64,000 bases of DNA from an uncultured delta proteobacterium (GTDB taxonomy: Bacteria; Myxococcota_A; Polyangia; Fen-1088), in the NCBI GenBank assembly GCA_963755125.1, contig CAVWIP010000012.1, forward strand, positions 224,001 through 288,000, read 5' to 3'. Within the stretch, counting starts at the first letter, position 1. Every line of letters begins with the position of its first letter. The notes under the pieces are model-generated. The model worked only from the letters and a program-made list of their open reading frames with translations. It ran no database searches and was not told where the DNA came from. Below, piece after piece: positions 55,897 to 64,000 of this stretch. A program made the translations under genes and the position numbers.

Positions 55897-58361
55897 TTAT
55901 CGTTGCGTTGAAGGCAGTTCTACTGGTTGCCGTTGGCCCTGTGTGCAAGCGCAGGAGAGGCTGGGATAGAGCAGGTACTTGAGCCGCTTGGCGCGGAAGG
56001 CGTCGAGGTCGTCCTTGAAGAGCGCCTCGATCTCGGAAAGGCGGCGAGGCTCGATGATGGCAGCGGCGACGGCCGGGTCGCCCATCATCTTGTGCAACCG
56101 GGTGGCGTCCCAGTGGCCGCGAAACAGCTTGCGCAAGGCGATCGCGATCGCGATGCCGGTTCTCACCGGCTCGAAGGTCGCGCGGCTTTCGACCCGCAGC
56201 CGAATTCCCTGGCAGAGAGTGCCGGCGTACAGGTTCGCCTCGGGCGTGAAGCTCGTTGCCTCGAACGAGACACCGGCAAGTTCCGCTCCGGCAAGCTCAG
56301 CGGCCAGGCGTCGGCCGTCGATCCAGGGGGCGCCGACCACCTCGAAGGGCGTGTCGGTGCCGCGGCCGACCGAGACGTTGGTCGCTTCCAGCAGCGCGAC
56401 GCCGGGATACAGCACCGCCTCGCCGACTGTGCGCAGGTTGGGCGAAGGCGGCCACCAGATGAGCCCAGTTTCGTCGAAGTAGGCCTTTCGATCGTAACGG
56501 GGCATGCGCACGACTTCGAGGCGGAGAGAGAGGTGCTCGTCGGCGTTCATCAGCTCGGCCAGCTCACCCATGGTCATGCCGTGCCGGATCGGCAGGGGAT
56601 GGTGGTTGACCGCCGAGCGCTCGCTCGGCTTCAGCATGGGGCCGGCCACGTCGAGGCCGCCGATGGGGTTCGGTCGATCTAGGACGATGACCCGCAGCCC
56701 GCGCTCCGAGGCCGCTCTCATCGTCGCGTGCAGGGTCGAAGCATAGGTGAAGAAGCGCGCTCCCACGTCGGGCAGATCGACCACGACGGCGTCGATGTCG
56801 GGCGGCAGGGTCACCGGTCGTGGCCCGGCCGCGGCTTTGCTGTGCGGCCCGCGCGCTCCGCCGTAGAGACTGAACACCGGAAGGTGGGTTTTGGCGTCGA
56901 TGCCGTCGTCGATGAGTTCGTCACGGTTTGCCGCGAGGCCGTGCTCGGGGCTGAGCAGCGCCACCAGCGCGAGATCGCGACGGGCGGCGAGCACGTCGGT
57001 GGTGCGGGCGCCATCGCGGGTGCGGGCCGCGTCGTTGGTGAGCAGGGCGAAGCGCAGGCCGCGCAGGCGGGCGAAGTCCTCGGCAGCGAGCGCGTCGATG
57101 CCCACGGCCAGCGGCCCTTCGGTGAGCCGGGCATCGGTCCCCGCAGGCCGTCCCAGCATCGATCCCGCGAGAGTTCCGATCGCACCGGCGAGCGCGTTGA
57201 TCGAGCCTTTTCCGTCGGGGTGCACGCGATTGCTGAGAAAGAGCACGAACAGGTCTTGCTCGGGATCGATCCACAGCGACGTGCCGGTATAGCCTCCGTG
57301 CCCGACCGCCCGCCGCAGAGAGAATCCCCGCGGTTGGCCGAATACGTGCTGTGCATGTCCCAGCCGAGCGCGCGAATGCCCCCTGGCACATCGTGCACGG
57401 CCAGCATTTTCGCGGTCGCGCTGGCCGAGAGAACCCGAGTGCCGTCGAGCGTCCCGGAGCCGAGCAACATGCGTGCGTACCTGGCGAGATCCTTGGCGGT
57501 CGAGAAAAGGCCGGCGTTTCCCGCCACACCACCCAGGCGAAAAGCCCGCGGATCGTGAACCTCGCCGCGAATCCACTCGCCCTTGCGCATCTCGGTCGGG
57601 GCGATACGCACCTGGTCTGTTGCCGGCAGCAAGAAGCCGGTCTCGGTCATGCCGAGCGGCCGAAAGATGGCGGCAGCCGCGAAACTGGCGAGATCGGTGC
57701 TGGTGACCCGCCGGATCACTTCTTCGAGCACGAGGTAGCCGACGTCCGAGTAGATGAATCTGGCGCCTGGGGCAGCCTTGAGCGAAAGGGCGGCGATGCG
57801 GCGGATGGCCTCGGCGCGTCCGTGTTGGTAGTCGTCAATCGGCGTTTCGGCCGGCAGGCCAGAGACGTGCACGAGGAGCTGGCGAAGCGTGATGGCGGCC
57901 TTGCCATGCGCTGCGAACTCGGGAACGTAGTGGGAAGCCCGGTCGTCGAGGTCGACCTTGCCCTGGTCGGCCAGAACCATGAGCGAGGTGGCGGTCGCGA
58001 TGGGCTTGGTCAGCGAGGCGAGATCGAAGATCGTGTCTTCGGCCATCGGCTCCTTGTCGGGTAGAAGGGCGCGAAAACCGAACGCGCGTGCGTAGACGAT
58101 GCCGCTCGTGCGGCCGATGACGACGACGCAGCCAGGAAGCTTTCTCTGGGCAAGCGCATCGGTCACCAGGCGGTCGATGCCTTCGCGCAAGACCGCGGGC
58201 GCGTGGACTTCGACGTTGCCGACCGGGAGCGCATCGGCCCCGGAATCCGCCGCCTCGACCGGGGCCGCGTCGTCCGCCGCCAGGGCGAGCCCACATACGA
58301 GCAACACCAGGCGCGCGCGAACCAGGTGCAAGGATGGCGGCTTTGCGCTCGTCGGGATCAT
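55897..58361 (-). pseudogene. AmpC-type serine hydrolase fused to NamZ (DUF1343) exo-beta-N-acetylmuramidase, frameshifted near 57316
   Basis: SLTK, YSD and HDPRA in ORF 56811-58361. GHGGYTGTS, SPEHG, DVGARFFTY, DRPNP and PSPNL in ORF 55897-57576. One base is missing at the junction. Confidence 0.85.
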
Positions 58362-58397
58362 TCTCGGAAAATAACACTCCGCCGACGCTTCAGTCCG

Positions 58398-59411
58398 TCA
58401 TCGCGTGCCCGACGCCGGGGAACCGGCAGAGCTTTCCTTGTCCAGGGCGGAAAGCTTCCTGCCCAATTCATCGAGGAGCGACTGGCACTCGTCGGCCGGT
58501 TGGTCCACGGCACCCCACAGCCAGCGCCCCTTCCATTGCAGCGTCACCTCGCCGTTGAGCGGATCCTTCAGGGTCGCGGTTCCCTCGGAGCCGGCCGAAT
58601 CGGTTGCCACCGCAGGCGACTTTGCGACGGCGCGATAGCGCTGCACCATCGCGCGGACGTCTGCGCTGTCCTTGCCCTCGACGACAAACAAACGAAAATT
58701 CGCCTCGCCGATCTGGTAGGGAACCGCGACCGCGTCGTGCAGGAATGGGTGACCGAGGAAGTCGCGCGCCATCAATTTCTCGGCGCGGGCGCGCTTGCCT
58801 CGCTCGGGAAAGCACTTGAGCACGGCCGGGGGCTCGCGCGTGCCGGCCAGGTCGGCTACCACTTTCTCCGCGAACCGGCGCAGGAAGGACGGCTGCCTGG
58901 CGCCCGACTGAACCAACTTCACGTAGTAGGGACCCACGACAAACTCCAAATAATCCGGCCCGGCGTAGGCCTCGACGCCGATGGGCAGGGGCGTGGTGCC
59001 GGCCGGCCGCTCCTGCGTGTACATCCCGAACGCGCGGAATGCGTCCCGGTGGCGGTAGATGTCCACCGTGATCTCCGCCTTGGACGCCGCCGTGCTGTCA
59101 CGGTCATGGGAAGCGCGCGACGACGCACGATTCTTGGCGTGGGCAGCGCCGTCGTTCGCGTAGGTCGCGGACGCGAGATCCTGGAAGTCAAATTGCAGGA
59201 ACGACTCGGCGCCGCCGTCGATGTACTCGAAGAGTGTCTCGGGCGTGTATCGGGTGGGGCCGTCGGAGATCTTCCAGCCTTCGACTTTGGGAAAGAGCGA
59301 CGATGTCTCGGAAACAGCGGCCGTCGCGGCCTGGAAATCACCGCTGGCTGGTGCGGAAAACACGAAGAACGCCGCGAGCGCGCCCCGCGCGGCCAGCGGG
59401 CTTCCCCTCAT
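58398..59411 (-). CDS. Exported DUF6599-like protein
   Basis: TLFEYIDGGAE, ITVDIY, AFGMY. ATG overlaps the stop of the upstream oxidoreductase. Confidence 0.75.
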   Translation of the reverse strand: MRGSPLAARGALAAFFVFSAPASGDFQAATAAVSETSSLFPKVEGWKISDGPTRYTPETLFEYIDGGAESFLQFDFQDLASATYANDGAAHAKNRASSRASHDRDSTAASKAEITVDIYRHRDAFRAFGMYTQERPAGTTPLPIGVEAYAGPDYLEFVVGPYYVKLVQSGARQPSFLRRFAEKVVADLAGTREPPAVLKCFPERGKRARAEKLMARDFLGHPFLHDAVAVPYQIGEANFRLFVVEGKDSADVRAMVQRYRAVAKSPAVATDSAGSEGTATLKDPLNGEVTLQWKGRWLWGAVDQPADECQSLLDELGRKLSALDKESSAGSPASGTR

Positions 59412-60682
59412 ATGAGAAATTCCCGCGGCACCTCGCGCAGTCGCACGATGTCGCGCACGCGCTGGCGCACGTCGAATCCTTTTGCGCAGCGGACCGGGCA
59501 CGCACCACAGTCACCGCAGGGAGATTCCGGTAGATCGAGTTCGAGCAGCAGCGCCTGTGCGGCCTGGCGGTTGCGGTAGGCGTGGGCGTACATGAACGAG
59601 CGCATCAGCTCGGGAATCGGTAGTTTCTCCAGGCAAGGATCCAGGCACTGGTCGCAGCCCTGACAGAAGAAACCGACCAGCTTAGGCGCCTCCAGGCTGC
59701 GCTTGTCGTCGTCGGTGAGCGTGGAATCGCGCAGAACTTCCAGGTCAGCCTGCAGTTGATCCAACGTCGTGAAGCCCGGAATCGCGGTGTGCACGTTGGG
59801 GTCGCGCAACGCCCACTTCAGCGCGGCCTTCATGTTGATGGGGGACTGCTTCTCCTTGTCCCAGTAGACGCCCGCTTGCGTCTTCATGGCCACGATGCCC
59901 AGGCCCGCCTGCGCCGCTTCGCCAACCGCCTTCTGCACTTCGAGGTGATGGTCCTGCCGGAAGTTGTACGAGGTCAGCACCACGTCGTACAGCTTGGCCT
60001 CCACCGCCGCCCGGATCACCTCGGGCTCGTTTTTGTGGGTCGAACAGCCGAAAAAGCGCGCCTTGCCGTCGCGCTTGGCCTTCTCCAGCGCTTTGAGGAC
60101 CGGTTCATAAAGCACGCTCTCGCGCGCCGACTGGTTGTGCAGGTGAAGAATGTCGACGTGATCGAGCCCAAGGCGTTTGAGGCTGATGTCCAGCTTCTCG
60201 CCGATCTCCTCGCCGCGCGTCTCCTTCGAGAACAGCCCGGTCCTGCGATCCAGGGTGCTGAGGTGGACCTTGGTGGCGATGACGAAGGAGTCGCGCTTGC
60301 GATCCTTGAGCACCGTGCCGAGCATCTCCTCGTTGCGACCTTCCTGATAGCCGTGCGCGGTGTCGAGCAGGAAGATGCCGCCGTCCAGCGCCGCGCGAAC
60401 CAGGTTGGGGTTGTCGGCGTTCATCACGCCCATGCTGACGATCGGGACCTCGATGCCGGTCCGGCCGAGCACGCGGCGGGGCGGCCCGGCGGTCTTGGCA
60501 ACCGGCGCGGCCGGCTCGGCTGTGGGCGCGGGCTTGGGCGGCGCCGCTGTCTCGGCCGACAAGTTCTGCTTCTCCTGAGTCGACGCCGCCGTCGCGCAGC
60601 CGGCGGACAGCACACCTGCCGCCAAACCGCCCGCGCCGAGCTTGAGGAAATCCCTTCGTTCCAGCTTGTTCGTATTGTTCAT
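59408..60682 (-). CDS. Tat-exported aldo/keto reductase with a C-terminal Fe-S motif
   Basis: RRDFLK, LGRTG, DTAHGY, CQGCDQC..PC, CGDCGACPVRC. Confidence 0.9.
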   Translation of the reverse strand: MNNTNKLERRDFLKLGAGGLAAGVLSAGCATAASTQEKQNLSAETAAPPKPAPTAEPAAPVAKTAGPPRRVLGRTGIEVPIVSMGVMNADNPNLVRAALDGGIFLLDTAHGYQEGRNEEMLGTVLKDRKRDSFVIATKVHLSTLDRRTGLFSKETRGEEIGEKLDISLKRLGLDHVDILHLHNQSARESVLYEPVLKALEKAKRDGKARFFGCSTHKNEPEVIRAAVEAKLYDVVLTSYNFRQDHHLEVQKAVGEAAQAGLGIVAMKTQAGVYWDKEKQSPINMKAALKWALRDPNVHTAIPGFTTLDQLQADLEVLRDSTLTDDDKRSLEAPKLVGFFCQGCDQCLDPCLEKLPIPELMRSFMYAHAYRNRQAAQALLLELDLPESPCGDCGACPVRCAKGFDVRQRVRDIVRLREVPREFLI

Positions 60683-60793
60683 GACTTGAAGACGCTGATT
60701 ATACTCCCGAGTGCGCTTGTCGGTACCTGGGCGGAGCGGGTTGCTGCTGGGGTGCAAATGGCGCCTGGCAACTCGGAACTTCTAGTGGGTCAA

Positions 60794-63544
60794 TCAGCCC
60801 GCTGCCGATTTTGGTAACTGGATTTGCGTCGTAACGGCTGGGCCAGCGTCGTGCTTCGGTGGCCCATCGTGAGCTGGACCCCACCTGTCCTGTCGCGTGC
60901 GGCGATGGCGCCGGCGGAGTATTGTTGTCGCGCCGAGGGCGGCGAACAGTAGCAATTCCGGCCCTCGGTGGTTGTTGGTGGTGCCCATGCTGCACGAACA
61001 GCCGGATGCAGAGGAGTTAGCCTTTCCCGTGTCGATCTGACCGGTGGCTCCGCCGCTGACAACTACGCCGGTGCTGCCGGCCGCGCCGGTGCTTCCGCTG
61101 GCAAGAGTGGCTCCAGGCGCGCCGGAGTTTCCGCCCACAAGAGTGGTCGCGGGCGCGCCGGTGGTGCCGCCGGCAACAGGGATGCCGGGCTCACTGGCGC
61201 CTCCAGCGTTTCCGCCGATGGCCGTGTTTCCGCCCATGGCGACGGTTCCACCAGTGACCGTGGCTCCGCCGCTGGCAGGAGATCCGCCGGTGCGTGTGGT
61301 TTCGCCTGTGGCGGGAATTCCCCCGCTGGGGGCAGCTCCGCCGCTGGCAGGAGATCCGCCGGTGCGTGTGGTCCCACCTGCGCCCGAAGCACCGCCCGCA
61401 CCGCCAGTGCCGCCGGCGCGCGTGGCTCCGCCTGCGCCAGAGATGCCGCCGCTGCCGGTGGCTCCGCCAACGCCCGTGGTTCCACCGCTGCCCGTGCTTC
61501 CGCCCGTGCCGCCGTCGGGCGGGGTCTGCCCGTCTTGGGCAAAGACCGTTGGCGGAGGCGTGGTTCCGCCCACGGTGTTGACGATCAGGTTGTCGAACAA
61601 CGCCGTGGTCTTCGCGGCGGTGCCAAGCCCGACGTTGCCCTTGGAGTACTTGCTATCCGTCACCGAAAAGACCTGCGTACCGTCGACTAGGCCCTTGATC
61701 GAGGTGCCCTGGAAGACCAGCTTCATGTTGTGCCAGGAACCTGCGGCCAGCGTGGCCTGCCCGTTGGCGAGCGTGGTCGCGGTGGACGACGACGTGGTCG
61801 AGGCATAGAAATTGTAAGCCCCGGTCGGACTCATGGTCATGGAGTAGGCGTTTGGATTGGTGCCGTAGCCGGTTCCGGTCGAGTTGACCCGCCCCAACAG
61901 TGACGCCCACCCCGACGTCGTCTCTATCGAGACGTCGGCGCTGACTTCGTAGTTGGTCCAGCCGGTATCGCCCACGATGGTGTACGGATTGGTTTCCGGG
62001 GCCCAGCTCTGCGCCGGCTGGCTGATGACCTGGCGCAGACACTGCCCGCTTCCGTCCGGACGCTGGTAAAGTTCGAATCCACCTGCGATGTCGTCGTGGT
62101 AGTATGGCCGATAGCCGACCGCCTGGAAGTCAGCGTAGTGATCGTAATTCTCGTAGTAGGGGAACGGGAAAGCCGCCGCTGCCGGCGGCGTGGCCGCGCC
62201 CTTCTGCTGACCAGTCGTGGTGCTGATCGAGTAGATGGAATTCGCGTCGAGCGATAGGCTGAACGATCCATTGACCGGGGTGACGCTGGGCTGTTGCTGA
62301 AACTGCGCGGTCGCATTGCTGCGCCACACGGACACGGCGCCGGTGGAAAGGCCCCCCGTGACGTTGAACGTGATGTTCTGTGCCGCCTTCGCGCCCGATG
62401 TCTGCGCGATGACGCTGTAGTCCCCGCCAGTGGGAGCCATCATGGTCACGTAGTTCCCGCCGCCGGAGAAGTTTCCGGACGCGCCATCCAGGTACTTCCA
62501 GCCGGTCTTGGTGAACTGACCCACGTGCGCATAGCCCCAGAGCGCTGGATTGATCGTGTAGTTGCCGCTCCATGGGGAGCTCGCGACTGCCATGGTGTCG
62601 TCGTAGAAAGGCTCGTTCGAGTAGAACGACGTGATGAGATACCAGTATATGGTCTTGGTGATCTTGCTATTGACGTAGTTGAAGTTGAACGCGCCGACAA
62701 TGTCTATTGCGCACTGAAACCCATGTTCGTACACGTGCTCCTCGGTGTCCCAGATTGGCTTGCCGATAGCTATGACGTTTGCCGGCGGCGGCGTTCCAGT
62801 CTGGGTGCCAAATGACGCCGTGGTGTGGCTGCCGATGGCATATATCGCCGCCTTCAAGGTGGCATTGGTATTCATGTCGGTGGCCCAGGTCCAACTGGTG
62901 GCTCCCCAGTTGTCAAAAGCGTGAATGCCCACGTTGGTGAGGCCGTTGCTGTTCAAGGTGGTGCGAAAGAGCTCCGCCCAGCTCTCGTTGGTGCCCTTCT
63001 CGTTGCGGCACCCGACGTAGTCGATGTCGAGACCGTGGGCGGACTTGGCGCCCATGATCCACTTGGACAGGTAATTAGCCGTGTCTTGCGACCAGAAGTT
63101 GCCATTGCCGACCCAGGCCGGGGCCGACCACGCCGTGGCATCCAAGTAGATCGCTGGGTTTCTCGCCCTGGCCTGTTCCATCAGCCACCACTCGTAGCCG
63201 CGGTAGTAGTTCTCATCCGTGCTGGTGTGCATGTGGCTCAGCTCCGAGCCCTGGGTCGAGTTCCCGTCGCCGCCTACCTCGACATACAGCTCCTGCAATC
63301 CCGCCCCATAGTTCGGTTTGAAGAGGTAGTCGAGTATCTGCGATCGCTGGGGCTCGACGTAGTCCATGAGCAACGGGGACGTTCCGCCGCCGCCACTCAC
63401 CGCGCCGATTCCCTCATAGGTGCGCCCGGAGCCAGTGCCATCGATGGCGATGGTCTGGGCAAGGGCACCGCCACTCATGCTGAAGATCCCCATGACCGGG
63501 GCGGTGAGGAAGACGAGGCGAATACGTGTCGCAGCAGTACTCAT
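60794..63544 (-). CDS. GH59 (galactosylceramidase-like) glycoside hydrolase with a Gly/Thr linker and MYXO-CTERM-like tail
   Basis: GIGAVSGGGGTS.LL.DY, GGDGNSTQGSE.SH, RGYEWWL, RNE, TEE. Tail GCSC, hydrophobic helix, RRRHRR. Confidence 0.88.
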   Translation of the reverse strand: MSTAATRIRLVFLTAPVMGIFSMSGGALAQTIAIDGTGSGRTYEGIGAVSGGGGTSPLLMDYVEPQRSQILDYLFKPNYGAGLQELYVEVGGDGNSTQGSELSHMHTSTDENYYRGYEWWLMEQARARNPAIYLDATAWSAPAWVGNGNFWSQDTANYLSKWIMGAKSAHGLDIDYVGCRNEKGTNESWAELFRTTLNSNGLTNVGIHAFDNWGATSWTWATDMNTNATLKAAIYAIGSHTTASFGTQTGTPPPANVIAIGKPIWDTEEHVYEHGFQCAIDIVGAFNFNYVNSKITKTIYWYLITSFYSNEPFYDDTMAVASSPWSGNYTINPALWGYAHVGQFTKTGWKYLDGASGNFSGGGNYVTMMAPTGGDYSVIAQTSGAKAAQNITFNVTGGLSTGAVSVWRSNATAQFQQQPSVTPVNGSFSLSLDANSIYSISTTTGQQKGAATPPAAAAFPFPYYENYDHYADFQAVGYRPYYHDDIAGGFELYQRPDGSGQCLRQVISQPAQSWAPETNPYTIVGDTGWTNYEVSADVSIETTSGWASLLGRVNSTGTGYGTNPNAYSMTMSPTGAYNFYASTTSSSTATTLANGQATLAAGSWHNMKLVFQGTSIKGLVDGTQVFSVTDSKYSKGNVGLGTAAKTTALFDNLIVNTVGGTTPPPTVFAQDGQTPPDGGTGGSTGSGGTTGVGGATGSGGISGAGGATRAGGTGGAGGASGAGGTTRTGGSPASGGAAPSGGIPATGETTRTGGSPASGGATVTGGTVAMGGNTAIGGNAGGASEPGIPVAGGTTGAPATTLVGGNSGAPGATLASGSTGAAGSTGVVVSGGATGQIDTGKANSSASGCSCSMGTTNNHRGPELLLFAALGATTILRRRHRRTRQDRWGPAHDGPPKHDAGPAVTTQIQLPKSAAG

Positions 63545-63650
63545 GGACAGTATCCTTCCGCTTGTTATCTAAATCTCTAGGGCGGACGAGAGGCGATAGC
63601 TTCACGGAGAAGTTAGCGATCGAGGCACGGCAACGCGACCGGCTACGACG

Positions 63651-63677
63651 AAAACCCTTCCTTGAGCGAGGAAGGGG
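63651..63677 (-). terminator. Intrinsic terminator downstream of the peroxiredoxin gene
   Basis: Minus strand CCCTTCCT-CGCTCA-AGGAAGGG-TTTT. Confidence 0.6.
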
Positions 63678-63789
63678 TCCTCGCCGGCGCACGATGGGTC
63701 GAAGAATCGATCCTTCTGCCTTGCTGCCGGAAGGCCCAATCCCCATGTCGGTGAATCGAGCGCCGTAGGCGAGAGGGCGACACTTTACT

Positions 63790-63999
63790 CTACTTTCCGG
63801 TCGCTCCCAGGGCATCCAGGGCGGCCAGCACCTCGCGGCTGTGCGCGGCAGGCTTCACGTCGGCAAACACGCGCGCGATCTTGCCCTGAGGATCGATGAT
63901 GAAGGTATGACGCGCGGCCAGTTTGGTCACCACCAAGTCGTTCAGCGATCCGTAGGCCGCCGCCACCTTCTTCTCGGTGTCTGCCAGCAGCTTGAAGGT
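63790..63999 (-). CDS. Peroxiredoxin (BCP-type), 3' part only
   Basis: Manual translation TFKLLADTEKKVAAAYG...AARHTFIIDPQGKIARVFADVKPAAHSREVLAAL...GK*. Confidence 0.85.
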   Translation of the reverse strand, partial: TFKLLADTEKKVAAAYGSLNDLVVTKLAARHTFIIDPQGKIARVFADVKPAAHSREVLAALDALGATGK

Positions 64000-64000
64000 G

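Noticed and set aside
63545..63789. Riboswitch upstream of the GH59 gene
   Set aside because: Only a terminator-like hairpin is visible, with no recognisable aptamer consensus.

Overview
GC-rich bacterial chromosomal window, most likely from Myxococcota. This is inferred from a MYXO-CTERM-type sorting tail, a myxobacterial-type large S41 protease, PilZ/FHA proteins and Cys/Gly-rich lipoproteins. It is mostly housekeeping and envelope genes: prmC, bamD, mpl, tyrS, hemB/hemD, a kinase plus sigma54 regulator pair, rsmI, a UvrD/PcrA helicase, GT-C glycosyltransferases, mrp, ribA, def, folB, folK, pdxA and SRP RNA. A complete minus-strand rRNA operon (16S, tRNA-Ile, tRNA-Ala, 23S, 5S) lies at about 8.3-14.5 kb. 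Most notable: (1) a REP-like two-hairpin repeat family (core GAACCCTGAGAGGGTTC) concentrated in the rRNA operon, which also builds a ~165-nt intervening sequence in 23S helix 45; (2) eight helically phased (11-12 bp) CTGATG direct repeats directly upstream of a Xis/MerR-like HTH gene and an RHH gene; (3) an Mpl-GNAT fusion; (4) a probable ATT start codon for mrp; (5) a CCA-enzyme-like HD protein lacking its catalytic head; (6) many apparently leaderless genes. Two single-base frameshifts (ZIP transporter, AmpC-NamZ fusion) may be assembly errors. No CRISPR array or prophage was seen. All calls are by eye from sequence and motif recall, and no database search was run.
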